A stretch of DNA of 64,000 bases from assembly GCF_021028975.2 (NCBI RefSeq), contig NC_059427.1:152148001-152212000 (forward strand), given 5' to 3'. The position numbers were made by a program, and so were the translations under genes. The notes under the pieces were generated by a model. It saw only the letters and a program-made list of their open reading frames with translations. It was not told where the DNA came from and made no database searches. Positions 12,109 to 23,870 of the stretch are shown here, piece after piece; position 1 is the first letter of the stretch; every line of letters starts with the position of its first letter. Source of the stretch: Sphaerodactylus townsendi (lineage: Eukaryota).

Positions 12109-13617
12109 CCATTAAAGGGCTTTTAAAAACCAAACCAACCTTCACCCTTGCCTTCACTTTTTGTTCTTGGCCCAAAGGAGGGAACCCCAGCTGTGGAAGG
12201 AAAACTTTGTGGTTTCCTCACTCTCGCAAACTACGGGACGATCAGGGATCTCTGCCAACGCAGCTTTAATTGCATCAGATCCAGAATCTCTGCTCTGCGG
12301 GCGCCATTTGCTTGCTGCATCAGGCTCTCTTTCATTGTTCTAATTGCAAGCTGCCTCAGGCAAGTCTGGGGAGAGGGGCATACACATTTCACAATTAAGT
12401 GAAAAGGTTGAATTATACAGTTTTGCGTATTAAACCACTATCAAAGGGACAGATTATTTTTGTTCTTGGAAATCTTATGAATGATAAAAGTATAATCACA
12501 TAGGAATAAATGAGTGGCATGAAGATAAACATTTAACCTAGAATATGAGCATACATATTTTACCTATAAATATTTTACCTATATGGAGTCTTGCCTTGGG
12601 AGGCTACCACATCTATCTCATACTTATGGTCTTTCAAACTCCACATTTGCTTGACCTACTGGTGTCTGAGGATTTGCTGAACTGAAAAAGCTGTTGCATT
12701 CAAAATGGGATGATCTATTTCTAAACAAGAAACATCATTTGGTTGTATCTATACTGGATGCTTTGTCAAGGGTTCCCCCCTCCCCCCAATATTCTTTCAC
12801 ATAAAACCCCCTCTAAGCAGACTTCAGGGTAATACAAGTTTAAAATGCCAGTAAAGAGAAGAATAAATATAGTTTTAGATGTCATTAACAGGTGTTCTAG
12901 AATCCTGGTCTTACAAAAACAGGGGAAATGGAAATCTAATAACAGAATGACATTATTGGAAAAAATATGTGCATTCCTAGAATCATGAAAGATCTTAAAA
13001 TGTCAGCTGATACTAAGAAGCAATTTGATGATGTATAATTTCAAATTGCTGGTTGATTGTGCATTTTTGTTTGCCTAGCAGGTTTTATATACTTATATAA
13101 AAAACAAAATGTACAGAACTAGCTCCTGCTGGTTGTTATATATTAGACGAGTCTGTCCATTTGCTGTTAGGGCAGCTACCCTTTTCCCTAGCAAGGCTCC
13201 CATTGCTTCAGCAGTTTGTGTCAGGCTGAAATCCAACAGGTGAAACATCTCCCTCTGTACTTGCTATGTCTGTGTATTAACGTGCGGCTGGTTCAACTTA
13301 AGGACAATACTGTGGAATTCTCTGCACTTGGATAAACTTGTGAAGAGAGTCACATTTAGTTTGGCTTTTGGTCTGATGCATGAATACGTGGGATCCAGTG
13401 GGGCTTACTCTCAAAGTGGGTCTGGATTGCATAGCCTTAAAAGTACAGGAACGGGGACGAATGAAAACATGGTGATCTCTCCCCTTTTCACCCTCTGTCG
13501 TATCTGAATGCTTTCCAGTTGTAATAATCTCTGTTTATTTATTTCTCAAAAGACAAGAAATCTTCTCGTTTCGCTGCCAACCTGCCTGACAGACTCGGGG
13601 CGCAAGAAAGCATTCAC

Positions 13618-13712
13618 CTGGTTTGCCTTTTTCCTCGCTGCCAAGTCACAGCCTGGCTCTCTGAGGCCGCAGTGACAGCTGCTCTCCATTTCAGACTATT
13701 AACCCCAGTTAC
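13618..13712 (-). other. Candidate first exon of an unidentified minus-strand gene
   Basis: Starts about 27-30 nt downstream of the TATA/MEF2 element and ends at donor CAG|GTGAATG. Confidence 0.4.
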
Positions 13713-13940
13713 GATCCAGGCTCTGGGCCTGCCTGGAGCTATATATAGCCACTCCAAATAGCAAAATGGGGCATGAGGAGGGAAGGTGGGGGTGGGGAGC
13801 CTGGGAGAAGCCCATGCAGCTGTTTGCTCCCCTTTCCTGCCCCAGCCCCTTGAGGGGAGATTCAAATATTCCAACAAAACAGGAAGACTCTATGGGGGGA
13901 GGCTGGAAATGAGGAACAGCTGCTGAAGGGGAGGAATGCT
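13712..13940 (-). promoter_or_regulatory. Putative muscle-type promoter
   Basis: CTATATATAG at 13739-13748 is both a TATA box and an exact MEF2 consensus; CAGCTG E-boxes at 13817 and 13917; M-CAT/TEAD GGAATG at 13933; a splice donor CAG|GTGAAT follows at 13618/13617 on the minus strand. Confidence 0.5.
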
Positions 13941-15401
13941 GTGCACCCTACAGGGAAGGCCAGACAGACTTCAGGAAATAGACAAGAATCCACAAATGTT
14001 TTTTGAGGAGGCTTTATGAGGATCTTACTCAGGGTGGGGGAGTTAGAGCCCCTCCAGATTGAAATGGCCCTGATCAGGCAGGGGGTGGGCTTCAGGGAAA
14101 GAAATAAGACACTCAGCAGTGGCAGGCGGCTTGGATTTAATGGACTAACTTCCTCCACCCCTTCATTAAATCATTTCTGTCCTCCGGGCCTGAGTTTAAA
14201 AAAAGCATATTCCCTCACCATTTGGTGTATTTTATAAGGGACAGAAACCAGAGTTCTAGCATTTTAATTAGGCTTGAGGAAAAGGGCTGATGAAGTCCAA
14301 TTCCCTCTCTGAGGGTGCATTCTAATATCAGAGGAAAGACATGTTTTGTCAGTGCTGAAGTTACTAGAATAGTCAACTTTTGCTTTCAAAAGATTTTTGC
14401 TCCTTTAGCAGAGCTCCTCTGAGGAACAGCTTTACTTTGGGATGGGACTGAGGTCAAAAGGCTCCCAACTGCATCCAAGATGCCATATGTATGTGTAAGG
14501 AACATTTATTTGGATCTAGGTATGCCCTAAAATTGTGCTTTTTGCCCTGTGACACTGTGGCCAATTACAGATGGGGCTGCAGGGAGCTGAGGTGCACTGG
14601 GGCAAGATTTCTTGTCCCAACACACTTCCTCCCTGCCGTGCGCTGAGAGAGGAAAAGCGAGAGCACTTCTAGCATGACTTTTTGCGCTAAAGCGGGGCAA
14701 GAGCTGGCCGTGGGTAATCAGCCTGTATGTATTTCCCCCCATTATCTATATATCTATTCTGAAGCGTGCCCTCTGCCTGTAGATACTTGAATCTGCTTTT
14801 TGAAAACTCGGGAGACCCCCTGGGTTTGCAGAAGAATCCTGAAAGATTAAGCTTGGGGGTTTAAATCTAAATAAATTGTCCTCTGCAGATGCACAGAGAA
14901 CTCACCTGTTGTTAGCTGCTGCCTCCAATCCTCACCAGTCCAGAGAACAAATGCCATTTGGGCAGACCCGTAGAAAGGGGGAACTGTGCCCGGGGCACTT
15001 GTGTGCCCTGCCCCCCGCCCTGGCACACACCCGGAGCAAGATGTCCCCCGTCCCCTGGGCACTATGCCATTTGGGCGCAGTTTTTATGTGAGGTAGAAAT
15101 CTGTAAGGTAGAAAAAGATTAACACCCCTCTAGCTTTATCACAGCCCTGATCAGGATGACCTCTGCTAGCCTGATCTCATCAGATCTCAGACACTAAGTA
15201 GGGTCAGCCTGGTTACCAATTGCATGGATGACTGCCAAGGAACACCAGGACTGCCATGCAGAGGAAGGCCTGTTAGTCTCTGGCTTTGAAACTCTTCTGG
15301 GTAGCTCTAAGTCACTTGACACACACAGCTTTACCACGACCCCAGGCCTAACCCCCTCCACTTCCATGGTGGTTTTTAATAGGATAGTATACATCAGGAG
15401 G

Positions 15402-15702
15402 GGAGGGAGCTGTGGCTGAGTGGTAGAGCATCATCTCTTTGACATACAGAAAGTCCCAGGTTCAATCTCTGGCATCTTTCATTTTTATGGGAAATACCTC
15501 TGCATGAGACTACAGAGAGCAGCTACTAGTCAGCTCAGGCAGTACAAGACCATGGGCAAGGCAGTTTCCTCTGGAACATCAGCAGGAGATGTGAAAGACC
15601 GCTACATACCCCCTGGAAAGATGGTGTCAGCCTGTGTAGACAGAGTTGACTGCGATGGACCAGTTGTCCATTTCAATATAAGGCAGCTTCATGTGTTCGT
15701 GT
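15402..15702 (+). mobile_element. Second tRNA-derived SINE family
   Basis: GGGAGCTGTGGCTGAGTGGTAGAGCA...CCCAGGTTCAATCTCTGGCATCT head and AAGGCAGCTTCATGTG tail; minus-strand copies at about 29615-30020. Confidence 0.65.
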
Positions 15703-16242
15703 GATCATGGGTCCCTACCACAATGTAAACAGATTGTGTGTCAGGAAGCATGGGGGGGGGGGGGTCGTCACCCATCCAAAACAGAGCCTTGATTTTCAAG
15801 GGCAGTCTATCCCTGATCCCCAGATGGTGGGAGCGGTCAACTGAGGAAGGTCTCGCTGGTGGCCTTCTCCTGGAAAGTGTGTTGGAAACCGAAGGTTGTA
15901 TTAAAATGTATCCATCAGGGATATTCTTGTATGCTTTGTCCCAAAGGTAGTTCTCAGTGAACTAAGGGTTAAAAGAAAGCACTGATGCAGGAAGCAGTCA
16001 CAGTCACATGGAGGAGAAAGTGTAAAGCAAAACCCCCAGGTCTAAATTGCACTCCCACCTGACACACACCTGCAAGGGGGCTGCTTATCAGATCAAAAAG
16101 CAAACCACATTTCCTCTGCCTCCTGCAGGTGCAGAGACCGCTTGTCTTTTGTATTCTCAGCAGCTTCTTTTTCTCCCAGCTTTCAGCACCTGAGCCACCC
16201 ACTGCAGGAGATGGCAGGTCCGTTAAATATCTAGGAGACAGC

Positions 16243-16589
16243 TCCTTCAGTCATCTCCACCTTGGACTTGAGCCTGCAGCCCATCAAACTGGGCAAAGTG
16301 CTGGGCCAGATTGGATCCAAAGCCACTGCTCACAGCTCCAGTTGAAATTCATGGATGACTCCAGCTGCTTCAGCATACACAATGGAAAAGGCCCTGTCTG
16401 GGAAGGAGATGTTCTGACGCTCCTGGAATAAGTGTAGGAGGCTGTGCTGATACAGCCCTGTTTACTGTGTCCGCCACCCCTGTGGCATCTGAATCCTTGA
16501 GCATGGCCTATTGTACCTTCCAACTGAGGACTGAAGAGACTGGATATATCTGAATAAAGTTTTTATTTCCACTCATTAAAAAAAAAACC
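16243..16589 (+). pseudogene. RPS28: Processed pseudogene of 40S ribosomal protein S28
   Basis: CCACC-TTG-G (mutated start, 16262), then [18 protein letters not shown] / frameshift / [35 protein letters not shown] and RRLC*(16450). This aligns with RPS28 ([59 protein letters not shown]). Intronless; AATAAA 16553-16558; A10 16578-16587; TSD CTAGGAGACAGC at 16231-16242 and 16590-16601. Confidence 0.93.
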
Positions 16590-16937
16590 CTAGGAGACAG
16601 CAATCAAAGAGGGATCTAAAAAAGCAAGCAAACTTTAAGTTAGAAATGTTGAAACGGTAGACTGGACCCATAAATAGGATTCCAAGATTAAATTATTTGG
16701 CTTTTAAAGTCAACATTCTGATCCCTGGGGCAAACCAGAGGAAGTCGCCAGAGAGGCTCTTGGTGGCAAAGTCAGGAGTTGTCATGCCATAGCTTCCATC
16801 CTCCAAAGCCCAATAGTTTTTGATGGGGTTGGGAGTGCAGGCCAGCTCTAAAGCTGTAAGGTAGCTGCCATCCTCACTGCAGCACCCAGAATGCTCTCTG
16901 GCATCAACCTGGTGCTCATTCTTGAGTCTTGGGAATC

Positions 16938-17597
16938 AAGTGTGATGTAGTGGTTAAGAGCGGTGGAGAATTGGGTTCTGGAGAATTGGGTTTGACTGCC
17001 CGCTGCTCCATGAGTGGCAGTCAGAGGTGTACTTAGAAAAAAAATGGTGCCTGGGGCAATAGCTGCTGCTCCCACGCCTCTATCCTCTGGTAACTCCCGT
17101 CCCACTTACCCTTCTACAGCCAGCTGCTCCTCCTCCATAGTGGCAGGTGCCTGCCGTGGGCCTGCTGCCGGGCCGGGAGTCTGCCACCCCAGAGGAGGGG
17201 CAGCTGGGCTGAAAGCCTGCCAATGGGCACCCCTCAGCTGGGGGCAGCAGTCTCCTGGCCTGGCTGCTCCTTCAGATCACATGGGGTGTACTATTTTGTG
17301 CCCGCACGTGACCTAATGGGTGGCGTCCAGCCTGGGGTCAATTGACCTCCTCATATCCCTCTGGCAAATAAGCCCCTGGGTGGCAGTCTCTAATCTGGTG
17401 AACTGGATTTGTTTCCCCTGCTCCTCCAATGAAGCCTGCTGGGTGATCTTTGGCTAGTCTCAGTTCTTTGAGAACCCTCTCAGCCCTACCTATCTCCCAA
17501 GGTGCCTGTTATGGGGAGACAAGGGGAAGGACTTTGTAAATGGCTTTGAGACTTCTTACAGGAGAAAATGGCGGGGAATAAACCTAAGATCTTCTTC
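16938..17597 (+). mobile_element. tRNA-derived SINE split by a hAT-like insertion (17022-17379)
   Basis: SINE head, then an insert with CAGAGGTGTA/TAAGCCCCTG termini flanked by GTGGCAGT (17014-17021 and 17380-17387), then the SINE body resumes. Confidence 0.75.
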
Positions 17598-17639
17598 CAT
17601 CTGGTTGATCAGCAAAGTATTGAGCTCATCTTGGGCACT

Positions 17640-18016
17640 TAGGGTTGTCAGCTCCGGGTTGGGAAACAACTGGAGATTTGGGGGATGGAGCCTGGGGAGG
17701 GTGGAGCCTGGGGAAGGGAAGGATCTCAGTGGGGTATAATGCCTTAGAGTCTACTTTTCAAAGTGGCTATTTTCTCCAGGTGAACTGAGCTCCGTCGCCT
17801 GGAGATGTAATAATGGGAGATCTCCAACCAGGGCTGGAGCTAGGGGGAACTGCGTCCGGGACACATGTGCACCCTACGCCCCCGTCATGTCCCCTCCAGT
17901 CCCCTCCATGCCACGCCTCTGCACCAGCGTGTATCTGGTTGCATCGCTCATTGCCACCCTCACCCTTTGGCACTACACCACTATCTCCAACCACCAGCTG
18001 GAGGTTGGCAACCCTA
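17640..18016 (+). mobile_element. hAT element (TAGGGTTGCCA-type TIRs) with a nested insertion at 17829-17983
   Basis: TAGGGTTGTCA...TGGCAACCCTA termini; insert flanked by TCTCCAAC (17821-17828, 17984-17991). Related copies at about 1650-1800, 18070-18255, 30950-31097, 32505-32707 and 38545-38765. Confidence 0.75.
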
Positions 18017-19826
18017 GGTGCATCCCAGCTGGACACCCTAAAATTGGCCGTAGATGCAGTCTTTGTTACTAGACTTATCAGCCTCCAAGTAGTGCCTGGA
18101 CTTCTCCCAAGATTACAGGTGAGCTCCAGACAACAGGGATCAGTCCTGCTGGAGGAAATGGCAGCTCTGGAAAGTACAACCTGTGGCATCCTATCCCTGC
18201 TTGGTTCCCTCCCCAGGTTCCACCCTTAAATCTCCGTGCATTTCCCAACCTGGAAGCCTTAATGGTATTTTCTTGACCTGAAACAGTTCCTGGAGTGGGG
18301 AGGCAGTATTTGCCTTGTTGGGGAGTTGTATATGCTTCCCCGCAGGGCAGTTTCAACTCAGAAATGCTGTGCTCTAGATGCTCAGGGACCTCCCCATCAG
18401 TTTCACCAGCATGGCCAATTGGCCATGCTGACAGAGGCTGATGGGAATTGTAGTTCCTGAACATCTGGAGAGCCGCAGGTTCCCTACCCCTGCCCTAGGG
18501 GAAGGTTGTAGCTCCTCCCTCCACCCCTGTAATTCTAGGAAATTAGTTCCCAGTCACTGACATCTGACAGAGGGAAATGAGAGACTAGTTAAGGGAACTC
18601 AGAGCCAGTTCAGAAAAAAAATCACATCTAGTTTGGTCCTTACTCATTGCAAGAGCTAGAAGTACAAGGATGAATGGCAGACTTAGGCCAAAAGTATGTT
18701 TCTTTCCTTGTCTAATTCTTTTTAGGGATGTGCCATCTTCCCTCAGTTTCATTCACAATGGGATTATAAGCAGCATTCTCAAACCCTTGAATAAACATTT
18801 GCTTTTTCATTGAGAACACAATGTTTGTATCAAAAATGTATGTGGTCTCTCACACTTCATTTCCACGACTGTCACTCCTCCCATGTCTGCTATGCACATA
18901 ACCTACTCAACATTTTTATTATATTGCTTCCAAAAGAACTGCTTTCCTTGGCTGTTCAATCCTGTTTGGGAGAAGGAACTGCACAGCTTGTTTCTCAGAT
19001 GCTCAAATCTTGCCAGTTTGACTGACTTCTGAAAGCTGACAGGGTTTGTCAGTTGTTCTAAATTGGATCAGAAATACTTTGTCCATTTTTGCACTGCTTC
19101 CTGGGAACTGTAGTTTATTTGAAACATTCATTAGCTGCGTTTCTTCCTTAAGGAAGAAATTAAAGATACGGAGGAGCTCAAGGGCAACTTAGAATACGGA
19201 TAAAATAAAATACTTAAAATATGGTGCCCGGGTAGACGTAGTGGTTTGCAACAGCTACATTTGAGTCCCATAGCACCTTAGAGACCAATAAGATTTTTTG
19301 GGGGGGGAGGGCCATGAAGTTTCAAGAGTTGGGCAGCCCCATCCATTGGGCTGGGTGCCTGCATGGCCATGCCACCCTGTCACCCCCAAGGGAGCTTCCC
19401 AGTGGCATGGGGAGGCTTAAAATGCCAAACAGCTTCCCTGATGCTGGGAAAAGTTCATTGGTCTGAATAGACTTATGCCACCTTTTCAGCTCCTCCCCGG
19501 GCCATGACCCTGGATTGCCTCCATGTGCTGCCAGCAGTGGCACAAAGACACTGGTACAGTGTCCTGCACCATGTTCCATCTCCAGGGAGGGCTGCAGAGG
19601 TTGCTTGCAGGGGATTCACCCCTCCCCAAGAAAGTCAAATCAACCAGTCAAATCAACCAGTGCGGCCCTCTGGCAGATTCATCTCCCCACTCCCCACGAT
19701 GGGACAGTAAGTTCCTTTTGTCAGGTATCTGACGAGCAGACCTTTGACTCTCAAAAGCGTATACCACCAAATCTCAAAAGTGTATGCCCCCCTAACCCTA
19801 AAAGGTGTAGCCCCCATCTCCTATTA

Positions 19827-20327
19827 CAGTAGTGGTGAACCTATGGCACGGGTGCCACCGTGCCAGAGGTGGCACTCAGTGCCCTCTCTGTGAGCACGCC
19901 CCCCACATCTAGGCTGGCCTGGGCCGCTGGGCCCGATTATTAGCATTAAACCTAAGACCTAGTTTTGGGGAAGCAGTGTAGGTAACCCTGTTAAGCGCTG
20001 TTAAACCCCACTGATTTTCATGTGAAGAACTAGAGCGTGATCTTTTACCTGGGAGTAAGCTTGGTTGCTGGCAATGGGGCTTGCTTCTGAGTAAACCCTC
20101 CTAGGGTCATGATTCACCCATTAGAAGAGTTGCACGGTTGCTTCAAAGCAAAGCCACCGACTACCACCAAGCTTACTCCCGAGTAACGCGTGCCTCGGAG
20201 CCAACAGTTTTTTCTAAACTAAAACCTCAGTATTCAGGTTAAATTGCTGTGTTGGCACTTTGCATTAAATAAATGGGTTCTGGGTTGCAATTTGGGCCCT
20301 TGGTCTCAAAAAGGTTCGCCATCACTG
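19827..20327. mobile_element. Non-autonomous hAT transposon (about 500 bp)
   Basis: TIRs CAGTAGTGGTGAACCT / AGGTTCGCCATCACTG; perfect 8-bp TSD TCCTATTA (19819-19826, 20328-20335). Confidence 0.9.
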
Positions 20328-20740
20328 TCCTATTAGCTCCCATTCGAAACAATGGGGGATGGGGGCATCCCCTTTGGGAATCCACAACTTTGAACTCCAT
20401 AATCCAAACCTCACTAAACCTGGGTGGTATCATCAGGAGAGTCTCCCAAAAAATCCCTGAAATTTTAGTGCTGCTAGCCTAAACACTGAACCCACTGCAG
20501 GCCAATAACTGAAAAAGCACTAAAAATACAAAAAACACACAAACCAATCTGAAATTTTTGCGCCCCCACGTGGCCATGTGGAGGCGCCTGGGGAAATTTG
20601 ACTCCCCATGTTCCCATGGCAGATACGCCCCTGGTAGGATGCCAGTTGCCCCCCTCTTCAGGTCTCCCATACCTAAACAACTGATGGGCAAGCAGAAATT
20701 CTGGAGATGAAGTTTTCCTAGCATGTTTTCTTAGTCATTC

Positions 20741-21252
20741 ACGGCCTCAGACCTGCATACCTAAGGGACTGTCTCTCCCTGTATTGCCCCACTAGGTCCT
20801 ACGTTCTTCGGAGGCAGATCTGCTGGTGATCCCTGGCCCCAAAGTGATCCAGCTGGCCTCAACAAGGGCCAGGGCTTTTACAGCCCTAGCCCCTACCTGG
20901 TGGAACAGGCTCCCAGGTGAGATCCGGGCCCTGTGGGACAGAGTTTCCGCAGGGCCTGCAAAACGGACCTGTTCCACCAGGCATTTGGCCAACCGGGGTA
21001 ACATCGGATATTCGCTATAACTAATATCTGGCCTCCCGTGGGCGCAGAGAAGAGCGGGAAGGGGAACAAAAACAGATAATTTTGACGCCATCAATGAAAT
21101 ATGTTTTAATTTTCTGTGCGGGTGAAATGTTTTAGTGACTCTGGTAGTTGTTATTGTTTTAATGTATTTATTGATATTAACAGCCCTGAGCCCCTTGGGG
21201 GAGGGCAGTATATAAATTGAACAAACAAACAAACAAACAAACAAATAAATAA
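20741..21252 (+). mobile_element. L2-clade LINE 3' fragment
   Basis: GLRPAYLRDCLS..RSSEADLLVIPGPK..ASTRARAFTALAPTWWNRLPGEIR resembles an L2 ORF2 end; (AAAC/AAAT)n tail. Confidence 0.75.
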
Positions 21253-23093
21253 ACGTAAGTGCACCAAGTTGAAAGCTGGATTTATCTGTCATCCAACTGT
21301 TAATTGAAATGGTGGTAACTAACCCAGCTCTGAATAGGCTAGTTTATATCAAATTTATTACAGGAGCTTTGGTATTTGAAGCTACTTTCTTACAAAGCTA
21401 GCTTTCAACTATTCAGGGGGGAAAATTGATGTTGGCTGATCAATTACATTCCCAAAGAGAATCTATTTTTTGAAGATATCATTCCTGGCAGGTGCAAGTG
21501 CTATATAAGACGTAGTATGTAAGATCCTTCAGTCTGCTTCATTCATTTATAAATGTTGGTGCTCTACTGCACTACCTAGAAATATGGAAAAGGATACACG
21601 CAGAATGCATGGTGTTCTGATACCTTGACAAGCCAGATGGTAGGAAGTTTGCACCTTCACCTCAAACAAGGGGAAACTGAAGCATACGCCAAAAATACTT
21701 CGTATGGTTCTGCAAGAGCCTAAAAACTGAATTTTGGGAGGGATCTGTGTGATACAGGATATCCTGATTACCAAAGAAATCTGAAAATGGAACCATTTGA
21801 CATCTGATGCTCAATACTTGGGATGTGAACTCTCATTCATAACCAAGGCCATTATTCCATCTAAGGGCAAGCCAAGCCACTCGTGGGAAGGAATGTTGGC
21901 CAGAAGTAGTTCCATTTTCCCACTGCATGCTTGAATCAGGGCAGGGAGCTTCCTGGTTGCAGCTAGGAGCATATATAAGTACCTGCAGGATGCAAGCTTG
22001 ATTGAATGAGGATGGATACTCAAAGTCCTCAGAGAGGCTTCCTAACAAAGTCACCTCATTGCCCAATGGTGCAATGAAGACCAGATTGTGTGCCAGAAGT
22101 TCCAGGGTTCCAGTTTACAGGCTCAAAAGGGGGGGAGGGGGCTTGAAGCAGACTACAGCTCTGTATTTGGAGTATTTTGAACATCCAAAGGGGTTCAGCC
22201 CCATAAGGATACAAAATCCACAATGACCAAATGTTGGTTATCCAGCTCAGAGACTTTCAGATAAGGAGGTCTCCATGCCACACCTGGAGGTTGGTAAGCC
22301 TAAGCCCCTTCTTCTACTATGCCATGGTCTTGTTGCAACTCAACCCCTGTGGCACTTGGGAAATCAGTGTGTGCGGGGGGTTTACTTATGATATCACCAA
22401 TTTTTTCTTGCTGAGTTTGCAAGTTAATGGAGAGTTCAAGTTCTTTTCAGCTGTCACTGAACCTTGTTTGCTTAGGACTACTTTCATTTTGGACAGTTAA
22501 TTGAATCAGTTAAAGAAAGTTAAGATTAACTGTTTTTTTAAAAAGAGGTTAAGAGTTGAGACTGGCCTTCTTATCGTACTGTATCAGATGTACCTCATGC
22601 ACATGCTGATTGGCTTCTTTTGCACTTATGCTGATTATCTCATATTTACTTAGGAACCAATCAGGTATTTAGGCAATAACTACATGATTATGACAGAGCA
22701 GATTTAGAGGAAGATAAGAGTGATATTTTTCTATAAATAAACACTCCTGCGACAAGCAAATCAGATTGCTCTGGATGGAAGTCTCCGAAGACGACTAGGG
22801 AGATATTTTGGGCTTTTTGATAATCCTTAAAACAGTGAGACAAAAACAAAACACTATTTGGCTTAAAACTACTTAACTATTATTTGATTAGGCATGGCTA
22901 GGAACTTTAATAATTTTAGCATTTACCTTCACAGTAATTGTAATGTTAACCTTTTCATGCCTGTTATTTTCCCTATCTTGCTCCATAAAAAGAACATTTC
23001 ATTTTCTCAAAAAAAAGATAGACGTTTCTGCAGATGTTCTGTCTGGTTTGCCTTTATCTTTTTGCATTATCAGAAATAAAGTTTTGTGTTCAC

Positions 23094-23258
23094 CTGTAAT
23101 AGATAAATCCTGGAAAACTCTGCTGCTAGACAGTTTTACACAGGCAAAGTCTTTAAAATTGTTTAGTGCAGGTCTTAAGGGAAAGGAAATCTTCCCATCT
23201 TCGTCTTGTTTAGTGTGGGAGGGAATCTCCCCATAAGTTTCCCTCAGCTGATATGTGA
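23094..23258 (-). other. Candidate phase 1-1 coding exon (165 nt), unknown product
   Basis: Acceptor CTCTCATTTTCCTCAG|, donor ACAG|GTGAAC; open frame TYQLRETYGEIPSHTKQDEDGKISFPLRPALNNFKDFACVKLSSSRVFQDLSIT. Confidence 0.35.
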
Positions 23259-23425
23259 CTGAGGAAAATGAGAGTCGGGGTCATAGGAAGCCAAACTTAA
23301 CTAGGGAAAAAAGTCACACCTAAGTTTGGTCCTAAGAGGGCAAAAGTCTGATTCAGCTTCCAGAATTCATGGGATGAGCTATGACTCAGTAGTGGAATAT
23401 CTTTTTTGCATGCAGCAGGTCCCCT

Positions 23426-23870
23426 AGAATCATAGAGTTGGAAGAGCCATCAAGTCCAACCCCCTTCCATGCAGGAACACACAATCAAAGCACTCCCGAC
23501 ATATGGTCATCCAGCCTCTATTTTAAAACCTCCAAAGAAGGAGACTCCACAACTCTCCGAGGCAGTGAATTCCACTATCTAACAGCCCTGACAGTCAGAA
23601 AGTTCTTCCTAATGTTTAGGTGGAATCTCTTTTCCTGCACCTTGAACCCATTATTCCGTGTCCCAGTCTCTGAGGCAGCAGAAAACAAGCTTGCTCCCTC
23701 TTCGACATGGTATCCCTTTATTTAAATATTTAAACATAGCTGTCATGTCCCCCCTTAACTTTCGCTTCTCCAGACTAAGTCTCTCTTCATAGGGCATGGA
23801 TTCCAGATCTTTTATCATTTTGGCTGCCTTCCTTAGGACCCGTTCCAGCTTGCCAATATCCTTCTTAAAC
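23426..23870 (-). mobile_element. CR1 LINE 3' fragment
   Basis: ORF2 C-terminal peptide FKKDIGKLERVLRKAAKMIKDLESMPYEERL..LEKRKLRGDMTAMFKYL and ATTCTA-type tail. Further CR1 pieces at about 50845-51140 (-) and 56570-56765 (+). Confidence 0.9.

Larger units (their letters stand above)
11004..12770 (+). repeat. About 505-bp direct repeat (11004-11508 and 12258-12770)
   Basis: Both copies run ACGCAGCTTTAATTGCATCAG...GATGCTTTGTCAAG with scattered substitutions and one small indel. Confidence 0.95.

Noticed and set aside
11004-12770. LTR retrotransposon
   Set aside because: The repeats lack TG..CA ends, PBS/PPT, TSD and internal coding sequence.
15402-15475. tRNA gene
   Set aside because: Only A/B-box-like head without a coherent cloverleaf; it continues into a SINE body.
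22606-22740. CCAAT/CCAAT/TATA arrangement as a promoter
   Set aside because: AT-rich context, no CpGs and no supportable + strand gene downstream; likely chance, though not excluded.
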